DNA of 64,000 bases. It comes from Fimbriimonadales bacterium. GTDB taxonomy: Bacteria > Armatimonadota > Fimbriimonadia > Fimbriimonadales > ATM1. Below are positions 38,237 through 49,004 of this stretch, one piece after another. The stretch covers positions 1 to 64,000 of the forward strand of contig JBPCLO010000051.1 in the NCBI GenBank assembly GCA_051003155.1. The letters are read 5' to 3'. Numbering within the stretch: the first letter of the stretch is position 1; each line of letters opens with the position of its first letter. Both the position numbers and the translations under genes were made by a program. The notes beneath the pieces were generated by a model. That model searched no databases, had not been told where the DNA came from, and was given only the letters and a program-made list of their open reading frames with translations.

Positions 38237-41044
38237 GTGACAATGCTCGTTTCGCTAGTGCTGATGCTCACCCTATCAACCTCGGACCCGTTTCATGGCG
38301 CGCACTGGCTCACGGTGCCGAGCAAGCCACACCCAATCGAAAGCGCATCGTGGATATGGGCGCACTCAGGCGGGGACACCCCGACGGCGCGGGGCGCTCC
38401 CGCCGGGGAAGTCGTTCTTCGTCGCGAGTTCGAGGTCGTGAACCTTCCCGCGTCCGCGATCATGTATTTCGCTTGCGACAATCGAGCCGAGGTTCTTCTA
38501 AACGGCAACCGTATCGGCGGTTCCACGGATTGGAGAACACAAACCGAAATCGAGCTGACTGGCTCGTTGCGAATCGGCGTCAACTCTCTCAAGGTCGTCG
38601 CGGTCAACGATCCCGGGGGACCGACGAATCCAGGCGGGTTCATTGCGGCGATCGATTTCGGCGAGGCCGTCATATTGACGGACAAAACGTGGACCGCGGA
38701 CGATGGCACGGTAGTCGAGCTTGGCCCGGCCGCCACCGATCCTTGGCATATGCGAGGGGTCGACGAAGCGCCCTGCCCGATCTTTCGCAAGGAGTTCGCA
38801 GTGCCGTCGGAAATCCGCCGGGCGACGGCCCGCATAATCGGCCTGGGCCACTTTCAGCTGCGGATCAACGGAAAACCGGTCGGCGACGCCATTAATCAGA
38901 CGTGGTCGGAGTACGACAAACGCATCTACTTCCAGAAGTTCGACATCACCGACGCCCTGCGTAAGGGCGACAATGCGATGGGGGTTCTGTTGGGAAACGG
39001 CTTTTGGATCGTGTCCGAGCCGCCGGACGGCCGCGCGGTAAAGGGCGATGCGATGCCGGACTTCAGCGATGGGCGGAGATACCTCTTGCGCTATGCGATC
39101 GAAATCGAATTAACGAACGGCGAGAAAATCACAGTCGCCAGCGACGCCTCCACGAAATGGTTTCCGGGACCCGTGACCCTTTCGCACATTTACGCCGGCG
39201 AGGATTTCGATGCCCGCAAAGAACCGCACGGCTGGGACGGGCCCGGCTTTGACGATACGGACTGGCAAACGCCGATCACTGCCAAGGCCCCATCAGCCGT
39301 AATAGCCCAACAGTTCTGGCCCCCGTTAGCCGAGAAGGACGTCTTCCGTCCGACCGAAATCAAGAACGCTAAACCCGGTGTCTGGAGCTACGTCTTCCCT
39401 CAGAACGCCAGCGCGATCATCCGGGTTACCGTCCGAGGAAAGGCTGGTCAAACCATCCGGTTGAAGCCGTCGGAAGTAATGACTGACGACGGCGAGGTTC
39501 AGCAGTTGAACCTGTGGGGCAAGCGGTGCACGTTCGACTACACGCTGCGCGGCGGCGGAATCGAAAAACATCAGTGGCTGTTCCACTACAACGGATTTCG
39601 ATACGTGGAGCTGACGGGCGCTGTGCCCAAAGGGAAGCCGAACCCTGATGGGTTGCCCGTGGTCGAATCGATGGAGATGGTGCATGTGCGGACGGACAAC
39701 CGCCAAGCCGGTGAATTTCGAAGCAGCAGCGGCCTGTACAACAAGACACACGCGCTGGTCGACTGGGCGATGCGCTCGAACATGAGCTTCGTGATGACGG
39801 ACTGCCCGCACCGCGAAAAGCTCGGCTGGCTGGAGTGCGCCCATTTGCTCGCGCGCACTTTCGCGTATCGTTACGACTGCCGCGAGTGGTTCAAGAAGAT
39901 TTGCGCCGACATGCGCGACGCGCAGCTGCCGAACGGCCGAGTGCTGACGGTCGCGCCGAAGTACCTGATGCGCCCGCCCGACGACATGTACGCGTTCACC
40001 GTCGAGTGGGGCGCCGCGAGCGTTCTGCTGCCGTGGCAGGCGTACGAGTGGTACGGCGACAAGAGCTTTCTGTCCGAAAACTATACGATGATGAAAGCGT
40101 TTGTGAATCATTTGGAGTCGGTTTCGAAGGACTTCATCGCCCCGGGCATGCTCGGCGACTGGTACGACTACGGGCACGGCCAGTCACCGGGGCCGAGCCG
40201 CTTCACCCCGACCGATCTGAGCGCGACGGCCTGCTGGGCGATGTGTGTGAACGCGGCCGCAGACGCTTCGCGCGTGCTGGGGATGAAAGAAGACGAGCGC
40301 AAATACCGCGCGATGTGGGGGCGGATTCGCGAATCCTTCTTGCGAGAATTCTACAACCCTAAGACTCACACCTTCAAGAACAACGGAAGCCCGCAAACAG
40401 CGCACGCGATGGCGCTGTGCGCGAACCTCGTTCCGGAGGCAGACCGCGGCGAGGTGCTGCAAGTTTTACTCGACGACTTGGAGAAGCGCGGCTACCAGCA
40501 AACTTCAGGTGACGCAGGTCATCTCTTTTTCATCCGGGCTCTCGCCGAGGCGGGTCGATCGGACGCGCTCCACGAAGTCTACTCGCGCACCGGAACGGGC
40601 AGCTATGGCGGAATACTGGCGAAGGGGCTAACGTCCATGCCGGAAACATGGGACGCGATTACGGTGGGCAGCAACTCGCTTAACCACTGCATGCTCGGGC
40701 ACGTAATGGAATGGTTCTATGGCTGGTTGCTGGGAATCCGCCAGGTGGACGGTTCGATTGGTTGGAAAGACGTCCTGATCTGCCCTGAGCCCGGTGACCT
40801 CACGACTTGCGCGGGCTACCTGGAAACGCCCAAGGGGCGTATTGGCGTCGAGTGGCGAATGCGTAAGGACAGGTTCGAACTCGACGTCGACCTCCCTCCG
40901 GGTTGTTCCGCCTCTGCCCTCTTGCCTTTCGGCGAGGCCGTCAGGGTTAACGGTCGAGCCTCGAAGCTACAGACCGGAGAATTCGGTCGGGCGAAGGTTG
41001 CCCTTGCCGCCGGCAGATCAAAAATCGTCGCGAAGAAATCTTGA
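38237..41044 (+). CDS. alpha-L-rhamnosidase (GH78)
   Basis: Motifs TDCPHREKLGW, GDW, ETW and SLNHCM; N-terminal lectin-like DN..NPGGF domain. Confidence 0.92.
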   Translation: MTMLVSLVLMLTLSTSDPFHGAHWLTVPSKPHPIESASWIWAHSGGDTPTARGAPAGEVVLRREFEVVNLPASAIMYFACDNRAEVLLNGNRIGGSTDWRTQTEIELTGSLRIGVNSLKVVAVNDPGGPTNPGGFIAAIDFGEAVILTDKTWTADDGTVVELGPAATDPWHMRGVDEAPCPIFRKEFAVPSEIRRATARIIGLGHFQLRINGKPVGDAINQTWSEYDKRIYFQKFDITDALRKGDNAMGVLLGNGFWIVSEPPDGRAVKGDAMPDFSDGRRYLLRYAIEIELTNGEKITVASDASTKWFPGPVTLSHIYAGEDFDARKEPHGWDGPGFDDTDWQTPITAKAPSAVIAQQFWPPLAEKDVFRPTEIKNAKPGVWSYVFPQNASAIIRVTVRGKAGQTIRLKPSEVMTDDGEVQQLNLWGKRCTFDYTLRGGGIEKHQWLFHYNGFRYVELTGAVPKGKPNPDGLPVVESMEMVHVRTDNRQAGEFRSSSGLYNKTHALVDWAMRSNMSFVMTDCPHREKLGWLECAHLLARTFAYRYDCREWFKKICADMRDAQLPNGRVLTVAPKYLMRPPDDMYAFTVEWGAASVLLPWQAYEWYGDKSFLSENYTMMKAFVNHLESVSKDFIAPGMLGDWYDYGHGQSPGPSRFTPTDLSATACWAMCVNAAADASRVLGMKEDERKYRAMWGRIRESFLREFYNPKTHTFKNNGSPQTAHAMALCANLVPEADRGEVLQVLLDDLEKRGYQQTSGDAGHLFFIRALAEAGRSDALHEVYSRTGTGSYGGILAKGLTSMPETWDAITVGSNSLNHCMLGHVMEWFYGWLLGIRQVDGSIGWKDVLICPEPGDLTTCAGYLETPKGRIGVEWRMRKDRFELDVDLPPGCSASALLPFGEAVRVNGRASKLQTGEFGRAKVALAAGRSKIVAKKS

Positions 41045-41312
41045 AGCTCTGCACCCTAACGCTAAGGAAGAGCCACCAGCAAAGCGCTGACGACCAGTAG
41101 ACGAACAACCCTTGCTACTCGGCGGTTTCATGGACCTGGTATCAGGCTACCAGGAAGCTTCATTGATGTTCTCGATATCCGGGGAAGGCTCACCATGCTC
41201 GGTCGATAGCCCAGACAACTATGCATTGGATCTCTCGGGCGAACACGGACGTCCAAAGTACGTTCCTCTCCATCGCTCACGCGCGTCTAAACTGGCAGAA
41301 CAGGAGGGAGAC

Positions 41313-42827
41313 ATGCTGCTACCAATTCTTTTCGCCGCCACTACGGCGGTTCCCACGCCTTTGGAGATGACCGTTTCGTCGGCGTCGCTATTCAAAAACG
41401 GCTACGCTGTGGTCGTTCACGAAGGGAAGCTGCGCGGGTCGGGCGAGTACGTGATCGATGAATTGCCGATGGCGGTTCTCGGCACGATGTGGCTCACGGC
41501 CTCGCCGGGGGTGAAGCTCAGCCGCGTCTTGATGACGAGTGAGGAGACCTCGAGCGAGACGGCTGCGCAGAATCTGGACGACATCCTGCGCGCCAACGTG
41601 GGACGAAGGCTGAAGTTCTGGCTGAATGACAAAACCGACTTCGAGGGGACTCTCGAGAGCGCCGACGGAACGATTCTCGTCGTGCGGTCCGATGCCGAAA
41701 TGCGCGTGCTGCCGAAGTCGGCCGTCGCCCAAATCAGCGCGCCCGGCGGCGAGATCGTTTGGAAGATCAAGAGCAAGTCGACTAAGCCGGTGATCAGGTT
41801 CACGGCCACAGCGGGGGCGGATTCGAAGTTCTACATGGTCTCGATGGAGCGCGGGCTTACGTGGACGCCCGGCTATTCGATCGATATCACCGACAAGAAC
41901 GCCCTACATTTGGTCGCAAAGGCCACGATTCTGAACGATCTCGCGGATCTCAAAGGCATCGAAATCCGCCTTATCACCGGCTTTCCCAATGTCCCGTTCT
42001 TGGGATATTGGGACCCGTTTACGTCGCGCCAGTCGGTCGACCAGTTCGTGGGGAACGTCATGCAGATGGGCACGCCCGCGCAGCTTCGCGACAAGTCGGG
42101 AGTCGGCGGCATGATGAACCAGATGGCACCGGCCCCGGGTGCCTTCGACGACGCGTTCAATGTGAGCACGCTGCCCGGTTTATCCGAGGAGGACCTGTTC
42201 TTCTACCGCTTGCCCGACGTCACGATGAAGCGGGGCGACCGGGGCTACTACATCCTGTTCTCGGCCAATTCTGCCTACTCGCACATCTACGAGTGGGATA
42301 TCCCCGACAAGGTCAACTCCGGCCGCTACTCGCAGGACGACGGTCGGCCAGGCGACGTTTGGCACAGCCTGAAGTTCAAGAACACCGCAAAGCAACCGCT
42401 GACCACAGCGCCCGCCACGATCTTCAAGGACGGCGAGATTCTGGGGCAGGACATGCTGATGTACACAAGCGTAGCGGCAGAAGCGCTCGTGAAGATGACC
42501 AAAGCGCTCGACGTTCGCGCGGAGGATCTCGAGGAGGAGACCGACAGGAAGGTTCTGGAGCAGCCGGTTCGCGGGAGCAATTACGACGTGGTTACGCTGA
42601 AGGGGACTCTGAGCGTGCACAACCGCAAGGCCGAGTCGATCAAGCTCAAAATCACGAAGGAGCTGACCGGGGAGATGGTTTCGGTGGACGGAAACCCGAA
42701 GACCCGCACGATCACGAAGGGCCTGCGCGCGGTGAACCCGCGGCAGCTTCTAGAATGGACGATCGATTTGAAGCCGGACGAGAAGCGCGTGCTGACGTAT
42801 ACCTACCGGGTGCATATTTTGCGGTAG
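41313..42827 (+). CDS. DUF4139-like exported protein
   Basis: GGAGGG RBS; SLFKNGYAVV, GLTWTPGY and C-terminal LEWTIDLKPDEKRVLTYTY. Confidence 0.75.
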   Translation: MLLPILFAATTAVPTPLEMTVSSASLFKNGYAVVVHEGKLRGSGEYVIDELPMAVLGTMWLTASPGVKLSRVLMTSEETSSETAAQNLDDILRANVGRRLKFWLNDKTDFEGTLESADGTILVVRSDAEMRVLPKSAVAQISAPGGEIVWKIKSKSTKPVIRFTATAGADSKFYMVSMERGLTWTPGYSIDITDKNALHLVAKATILNDLADLKGIEIRLITGFPNVPFLGYWDPFTSRQSVDQFVGNVMQMGTPAQLRDKSGVGGMMNQMAPAPGAFDDAFNVSTLPGLSEEDLFFYRLPDVTMKRGDRGYYILFSANSAYSHIYEWDIPDKVNSGRYSQDDGRPGDVWHSLKFKNTAKQPLTTAPATIFKDGEILGQDMLMYTSVAAEALVKMTKALDVRAEDLEEETDRKVLEQPVRGSNYDVVTLKGTLSVHNRKAESIKLKITKELTGEMVSVDGNPKTRTITKGLRAVNPRQLLEWTIDLKPDEKRVLTYTYRVHILR

Positions 42828-42839
42828 CGATCTGAAGCA

Positions 42840-43139
42840 ATGTGGCCGGAGAGGACTTTAATCGCTGCCGACTGGCTCGGAACCATATCCGGGTTGATTG
42901 TCCTTGTGACCGGGATCTTCTTGTGGGCTCGCACGCACCCTACGCGTTCCTGCTTCGAATCTCTCTTGACGTCGACTTGGACGGTTCTGGGCTTGCTAAG
43001 CATTCCTGCAGCATTCGGGATGGCGTTTCCGCTGAGCCCGAGGGATCACCCCATCACATGGTTCTTGCTCTTTTTCCTAATGTACGGCGGCGGACTCGGG
43101 ATAGCGCTGATTGGCGGCGCGCAGAAACGGCCGAAGTAA
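42840..43139 (+). CDS. small three-TM membrane protein
   Basis: 99-aa ORF with three hydrophobic segments. Confidence 0.5.
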   Translation: MWPERTLIAADWLGTISGLIVLVTGIFLWARTHPTRSCFESLLTSTWTVLGLLSIPAAFGMAFPLSPRDHPITWFLLFFLMYGGGLGIALIGGAQKRPK

Positions 43140-43544
43140 CGTCGCCAAGTTGGCGGCACTATCGAGGTTCAGGCAGCCCGGACACTTTGCGACAAGCCAG
43201 AACGATTGCGAGAACGTACGCCAAGCCCTAGATCAAAGGCGCCAGGTTCACTAGGGCCATGCCGGCTTCCATTTGGCTAAGCGCTGGGATGGAAACTGTG
43301 TCCTGCGACTGTCCGACCCGGGCGATCAGGATTCCATAGATGGCCATCCAAACCAGCCAATGTATCCACGGCGAAGGGACTAGTGAGACCCCAACGAGGA
43401 GCCAGACAGCCAATAAGAACGGGCGCGGACCCGTTTGGTGGAATGCCGAAAGTACCACGAGGACGGCTCGGCATTAGCCTCAGCCCCTGTCATACGGCCT
43501 CCTCCAATGCTACAGCAATTATCCCGCAAGGGGTTGCGCAGCCG

Positions 43545-44540
43545 CTACATCGGCAAAGCGTTAGGGCCGAAGTCGGCGTCGTAGTACTCCCCCACGTTCG
43601 TGCCCGGGGCGATGATAGCGTCGATCTTCTTTAACGTCTCCTCGTCGAGTTTCAGCTCCGTGGCACTCATTAAATCGTCGAATTGCCTGATCTTCCGTGC
43701 GCCGATGATGGCCGATGTGATTCCCGGTTGGTTGATGACCCATGACATGGAGAGCGTGGTCAAGGAGACGCCCAATTTATCGGCGAGCTTCTTCAGCTTC
43801 GACACGACGGCGGTCGATTGCGGGTTGATTCGGTTCATCGGGTCGCTCGTCGCATATCTTCCCTCCTTCGCCTTCTCGAGGTATTTACCGCTCAGCTGCC
43901 CACCAGCAAGTGGCGACCAGGGGATGACCGCGTAGTTGTAAGTCCTCGTAAATGGCAAAAGCTCGCGCTCGATTCGGCGGTCCAGGAGGTTGTAGGGCGG
44001 CTGCTCGCTCACGAAGCGATTGAGGCCGAGCTCCCTGGAAATATAGTGCGCCTCGCAGACCTGCCATGCCCCGAACGTGCTCGAGCCAATATATCGGACT
44101 TTTCCCGCCCGAATCAGATCGTCGAGCGCGCGAAGGGTCTCGTCGATCGGGATGCTCGGCTGCGGGCGGTGAGCCTGATAGAGGTCGATGTAATCCGTTC
44201 CAAGGCGCTTCAGCGAAGCGTCGCATTGCGCGATGATATGCCGGCGAGAATTGCCCCAGTCGTTCTGACCCTCGCCCATCTTGCCGTGGTACTTGGTCGC
44301 CAGAAAAATCTCGTCGCGGCGGCCTTTGATCACCTTGCCCGTCACCTCTTCGCATCCGCCCCGGTCGTAAACGTTAGCCGTGTCGAAGAAGTTGATCCCA
44401 AGCTCGAGCGCCCTCTTGCCGATCTTCTCGCCCTCGGCCTTCGTGCTTCCCCAATCCTCCGGATGCCATCCGAATGTCATCGTGCCCATACAGAGTGGGC
44501 TGACCATTACCCCCGTTCGTCCGAACTGCCGATATTCCAT
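43545..44540 (-). CDS. aldo/keto reductase
   Basis: Motifs GTMTFG, DTANVY, ATK, DYIDLYQAH and PWSPLAGG. Confidence 0.95.
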   Translation of the reverse strand: MEYRQFGRTGVMVSPLCMGTMTFGWHPEDWGSTKAEGEKIGKRALELGINFFDTANVYDRGGCEEVTGKVIKGRRDEIFLATKYHGKMGEGQNDWGNSRRHIIAQCDASLKRLGTDYIDLYQAHRPQPSIPIDETLRALDDLIRAGKVRYIGSSTFGAWQVCEAHYISRELGLNRFVSEQPPYNLLDRRIERELLPFTRTYNYAVIPWSPLAGGQLSGKYLEKAKEGRYATSDPMNRINPQSTAVVSKLKKLADKLGVSLTTLSMSWVINQPGITSAIIGARKIRQFDDLMSATELKLDEETLKKIDAIIAPGTNVGEYYDADFGPNALPM

Positions 44541-44576
44541 CGGTAAAGGTTACCGATATTGCGCTATAACATTGTC

Positions 44577-44963
44577 ATGCTTTGGCTGCAGGCGCTGCCC
44601 GCGTTCGCGATATGGATCGCGTATCTTTATCTTATGCGAAATCGTGTGCAGCGAGATCGACTCAAGTACCAGAGCTGGCCGCGACGCATGCGCACAGTAG
44701 CGATGATTTTCGGAGTGCTGGCATCCCTCGCAGTATTGATCGCCGGGGCGCTGCTGCTGGGGACCCAGAAGTGGATATCGAGTGGCGACGATCTCACGGT
44801 TGCAGGGATCACCATGGTCACCGTGATCGGATTGATCTACCTGAAGCTGCAGATGATCGTTGTGTCGCTCACGCTGTCGCTTGCCTTCGAGAATGTAACG
44901 AGCGGCAGCCGAGCGGCGTCTGACATTCAAGACAATGCCGGCGAGCGGCGTGGAGAGAACTAA
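44577..44963 (+). CDS. hypothetical membrane protein
   Basis: Three TM segments; TAATG overlap with the next gene. Confidence 0.65.
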   Translation: MLWLQALPAFAIWIAYLYLMRNRVQRDRLKYQSWPRRMRTVAMIFGVLASLAVLIAGALLLGTQKWISSGDDLTVAGITMVTVIGLIYLKLQMIVVSLTLSLAFENVTSGSRAASDIQDNAGERRGEN

Positions 44964-45541
44964 TGAGAACAATTTTTGCAGCTATATTTGTACTTTTTGC
45001 ATCGGTCTCTTGCCTTTCTCAGGTCGTGAAGGACGATCCGTACAAGATGACGCCGACTTTGGAGAAGCTCGCCGATATCGACCTCGCGAACCAAATTCTG
45101 CCCGTCTTGATGACCAAGGATCAGATCAATAAGCTGCTGCCGGTCATAGAGAAATGCCGCACCAACGTGCGGGCCCAGGCAAAGAAAGAGGCGGATCGGA
45201 TCAAAGCTCTTCAGGGCGAGATCGACAAGGTCCACGGCGAAGCTTACAAAGGCATGGTGCCTTCCAAAGAGTTTCTCGACAAGATCACCTCGCTGTTCAC
45301 TAAGTTCGCGAACGAGCGCGTCGGCGTTTCGCTCGCCAATTCCCTTCTGTTGTTCGAAAGACTCAAAGAAACGCTGAATGACGGCCAGAAGAAAGCCGTT
45401 GTCGGCGTCGTCGACCGCATCTTCAACGAGGAGAACAAGAAGTGGGAGGACGGGACCGCCGACCGGAAACTCCAGTACTTCGGAGCTACGCTTATCCTCG
45501 GCGATCGGGGCTACGACATGCTTGTTAAATTGGCGAAGTAG
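44963..45541 (+). CDS. exported helical hypothetical protein
   Basis: Signal peptide, GGAG RBS, operon-like spacing. Confidence 0.7.
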   Translation: MRTIFAAIFVLFASVSCLSQVVKDDPYKMTPTLEKLADIDLANQILPVLMTKDQINKLLPVIEKCRTNVRAQAKKEADRIKALQGEIDKVHGEAYKGMVPSKEFLDKITSLFTKFANERVGVSLANSLLLFERLKETLNDGQKKAVVGVVDRIFNEENKKWEDGTADRKLQYFGATLILGDRGYDMLVKLAK

Positions 45542-45544
45542 GCC

Positions 45545-46345
45545 ATGTCGGTTAAGACCGTGCTCGGGCTGTCAGGGCTGGTGCCGGCGCTCGTTTTAGG
45601 CGCGGCATGCACCGCTCCGCGCCAGGCTGGGCCTACTAAGGTGATGGCTCAAGCCCGCGCTCCCCTTCCCGACCCAAAGTTAGTTCCTGGCGCCGGCATT
45701 CCGGGCACTAGGCACGGCGGCGATCTGTATCCACTAAATTGGCGTGGAGAGATATGGCTAAGTCAAGAGTTGGACGGCCCGACCAGCGCCGGAATCACCA
45801 ATGCTTATGACACATTGCTCATCGGCCCCATGATCGCCTTGCGGAAGGCGTTAACGGCTCTACAGGCGTCGACGCTCGAAGCCGACGCCCCCGACAAGCC
45901 CGTTCTCGCGCGGTTCGAGATCTACGACGCCTGGAGCGACTACAACCACGTAGAGTACATCGGCCCTCCAACGCTGGAAGATGACCGTTCGCCATTTAGA
46001 ATGCGCGCGTTGCTCTATTGGGTTTACCGCCGCGCAGATTCGGATACCCCCATCGGGTCGGTTAGGCTGCGATATCACGCTAAATCTCGTGGCACCATGA
46101 AGCACGGCGCGCAGCTCGGGCATGTAGTCGTCGAAAAGCGCGAGTTTGTAGTTAGGCCACAAAGCAGCAGAAAGCTCGGAACTTCGATCGTTCAGGAGGA
46201 TTGGGAAGTGGTAGGCGAAGGCAAAATCGTGGAAACCGAAACGCGAATCGTTGGCGACTACAACGACGCCGTCGTATTTTTCGATATTTCGCAGCGGGCG
46301 TTCGAAAAGTTCAAAGCGCAGGGAGCGTTCGGAAAGCCTAAGTAG
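45545..46345 (+). CDS. hypothetical lipoprotein
   Basis: Lipobox-like LGAAC; 3-nt gap after the previous gene. Confidence 0.6.
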   Translation: MSVKTVLGLSGLVPALVLGAACTAPRQAGPTKVMAQARAPLPDPKLVPGAGIPGTRHGGDLYPLNWRGEIWLSQELDGPTSAGITNAYDTLLIGPMIALRKALTALQASTLEADAPDKPVLARFEIYDAWSDYNHVEYIGPPTLEDDRSPFRMRALLYWVYRRADSDTPIGSVRLRYHAKSRGTMKHGAQLGHVVVEKREFVVRPQSSRKLGTSIVQEDWEVVGEGKIVETETRIVGDYNDAVVFFDISQRAFEKFKAQGAFGKPK

Positions 46346-46349
46346 GACC

Positions 46350-46943
46350 TTAGTCCACGAACCTGACGAACCTGCACAAGCGGCCCGTCGGAGTTTTGGT
46401 GGCTCCATCGGCCCGGATGAGTTCTTGTTGGTGCTCGTGGCCGACCGGGGCGAGAACAAAGCCACCGGGCGCCAGGAGTCCGGTCGCCCAATCCGGTGTG
46501 GAGGCAATAGCTGCACTAAACACAACTCTGTCGTACAGTTCACTAAGGCTCACCTCCCCGGCGTTGCCGACGATCACCTTCGCCTCGACACCCAGCCGCG
46601 CAAGCGTTACCATCGACGCTTCTGCCAAGGACCTTACGATCTCGACACCCGTCGCCTCGACTCCCACACAGGATAGGAGCGCGAGCAGGTATCCGCTCCC
46701 GCTTCCGACTTCCAGCACCTTCATGCCGGGTTCCAGTTCGAGCTCCTTGAGCATGATGGCCAGCATCGACGGCTGCGAATTCGTGGCGCCGTGGCCGATG
46801 GATATAGCGGAATCCGAGTATGCCTGGCTGCGGGCCCAGAGTGGAAGAAACTCCTCTCGCGGAACTGCTCTAAAAGCCGCCGCGATTTCGGAAGAGATTC
46901 CCTGCTCGCGAACGAGCCTGTCGACCAGTTCCCCTCGATCCAT
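46350..46943 (-). CDS. pcm: protein-L-isoaspartate O-methyltransferase
   Basis: Motifs VPREEF, IGHGATNSQP, VLEVGSGSGY and CRFV. Confidence 0.88.
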   Translation of the reverse strand: MDRGELVDRLVREQGISSEIAAAFRAVPREEFLPLWARSQAYSDSAISIGHGATNSQPSMLAIMLKELELEPGMKVLEVGSGSGYLLALLSCVGVEATGVEIVRSLAEASMVTLARLGVEAKVIVGNAGEVSLSELYDRVVFSAAIASTPDWATGLLAPGGFVLAPVGHEHQQELIRADGATKTPTGRLCRFVRFVD

Positions 46944-46978
46944 ACTGGTACTGACGCCGAATCGAGTAACCTTTTGTC

Positions 46979-47971
46979 GTGGTTAGACTAACCCAACTCG
47001 TAGACGGCGCCGGTTGAGCGAGCAAGCTGGGGCCATCCCAACTCGCGGAGATTCTGCGAGCCTTGCCGAAGAATGCGCACCCTGACCTGCTCGTCGGCTT
47101 CGACACTTACGACGACGCGGGCGTTTTTCGCATGTCCGAAGATACCGCCCTCGTGCAGACGATGGACTTTTTCACACCCATCGTGGACGATCCGTACGCA
47201 TACGGGGCGATCGCAGCTGCAAATTCTTTGTCGGATGTTTATGCCATGGGCGGAAGGCCAATTACGGTGATGAATATTGCCTGTTTCGACCCCACAATGG
47301 CGGAGGCGAATGTTTGGGCAGCAATCTTCAAGGGAATGGCCGATAAATGTCAGGAGGCGGGCGCCGCTGTGGTCGGCGGGCATAGCGTAGAAGATAAACA
47401 ACCGAAATTCGGCCTAAGCGTAACGGGCCTCGTAAATCCATCCGTCATGCTACACAACGCAGGTGCTGAACCAGGCGACCGGATTTATTTATCAAAGCCT
47501 CTGGGGACAGGAATTATTACGACGGCCGCGAAATTCAACGACTGCCCCGACGAGGCCCTCTCTGCCGCAATCGAGACAATGTCCATGCTCAATGCCGAAG
47601 CGTCGCGCAAAGCCGTCGAAGCGGGTTCGAGATGCGCAACCGACATAACCGGTTTTGGCCTTGCCGGGCATCTCTTCAATATCGCTCGCGCCTCGTCGGT
47701 ATCGATTTCGATCGACTCTGCCAAACTGCCGCTCCTCCCCAATATCGCGGAGTTAGTCGAGAGGAAGAACACAACAGGCGGCGGCAAGAACAACCGAGAG
47801 TTTATAGGGGAGAATCTTTCGTTCAGCGAACGCATACCCGGCTGGATGGAGCACCTTGCCGTGGACCCGCAGACGAGCGGCGGACTGGCTATTTTCGCTA
47901 CAAAGGAAATCACAGGATATCCAGAAATCGGCTATGTATCCGAAGGCTCGCCGTCTATTTCGCTTTCGTAA
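46979..47971 (+). CDS. selD: selenide, water dikinase (selenophosphate synthetase), selenoprotein form
   Basis: GTG start MVRLTQLVDGAG-U(TGA 47015-17)-ASKLGP in frame with DDAGV, DFFTP, ANSLSDVYAMGG, TDITGFGLAGH and DPQTSGGL. Confidence 0.95.
47018..47046 (+). promoter_or_regulatory. putative bacterial SECIS hairpin of selD
   Basis: Immediately 3' of the UGA: GCGAG/CTCGC lower stem, TGGG/CCCA upper stem, loop GCCAT starting with G. Confidence 0.7.
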
Positions 47972-49004
47972 GGCTATTCAGCACGTTCATGCAACTCAGA
48001 GCGGATTTTTCGAAAGAAAACTGGGCGCTCTTTTCTTTCGCAGCTTCGCTAAATTGCCTCCACAACTCCTCGTTACCCAAAAGCCTGACTATCGAGGAGG
48101 ACAAAGCATCCACATCGCCGGGGGGCACGAGGATTCCGTTCTTGCCGTCCTCGACTATTTCGGACACTCCGCCGACGTTCGATGCCACAACAGGGACGCC
48201 CAAAGCATTTGCCTCTGCGAGCACCAGCCCGAACCCTTCCGGCGCCAGCGAAGGCAAGACAACCACGCGAGAAGCAGCGAAAACCGCGTGAATATCCGAC
48301 CGAAATCCGAGAAAACGGACGTTATTCTCGATCCCGAATTGCTTCGCCATTTTTTCAGCCTTCCAGCGATCGGGCCCATCGCCCGCAAAAACAATAATCG
48401 CCGACGGAATCTCCGTGATGACTCTCCTTGCAGCCTGCAACAGAACAAATATGCCCTTGCTTTCGCGTAAATGAGCAGCATAGGTAACGACGAGTGGCCC
48501 TAGCGGCACAACGTCGGCGGCGGGGTGGACATCTTCCGGCGAATCACCGTTCGCGGGCCAAATAACCTCGATTCCCGTTTCCTTGTGCCCTTGACGGACG
48601 AGGTTCGCCCTGGCCGCTTTCGATACCGCGATCACCTTCGTGGCGAAACTGTACGGCGCTCGCTTATTGAGCGAATGCACATGCGCCACGCACGGGAGGT
48701 TTTCACCGATTGCAGCCAAACAACCCCAGATCGTTGCCGAAGATAAATGCGTGTGCACAATGTCTATATTTTCCTGCCGGATGAGTGCGCGCAATCTTCC
48801 GCTGGCGAAAATATTCACTTTCCCAGAAATGCCAACAATTCGCACGTCTAAATCCAAGTTTCTGTAAAACGCTTCAACGGCTTGATTGTGCTTCATCGCT
48901 ATAACTGATTTATGGCCATTGTCCTTCTGCCATCTGCAGAACCAACCCGCGTAACGCTCAGCACCTCCAAGCCTGGACGGGGTAATCACCGTAAGAATGT
49001 TTAT
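47955..49004 (-). CDS. GT4 family glycosyltransferase
   Basis: Motifs GGAE, DIVHTH, KG and PEGFGLVLAEA..G.PVVAS. Probable ATA start 7 nt after GGAG. Confidence 0.9.
   Translation of the reverse strand: MNILTVITPSRLGGAERYAGWFCRWQKDNGHKSVIAMKHNQAVEAFYRNLDLDVRIVGISGKVNIFASGRLRALIRQENIDIVHTHLSSATIWGCLAAIGENLPCVAHVHSLNKRAPYSFATKVIAVSKAARANLVRQGHKETGIEVIWPANGDSPEDVHPAADVVPLGPLVVTYAAHLRESKGIFVLLQAARRVITEIPSAIIVFAGDGPDRWKAEKMAKQFGIENNVRFLGFRSDIHAVFAASRVVVLPSLAPEGFGLVLAEANALGVPVVASNVGGVSEIVEDGKNGILVPPGDVDALSSSIVRLLGNEELWRQFSEAAKEKSAQFSFEKSALSCMNVLNSLTKAK

Noticed and set aside
43140..43500. Small ORF 43228-43458(-) as a gene
   Set aside because: Hydrophobic but with no clear start, RBS or family motif; possibly a remnant, not supportable.
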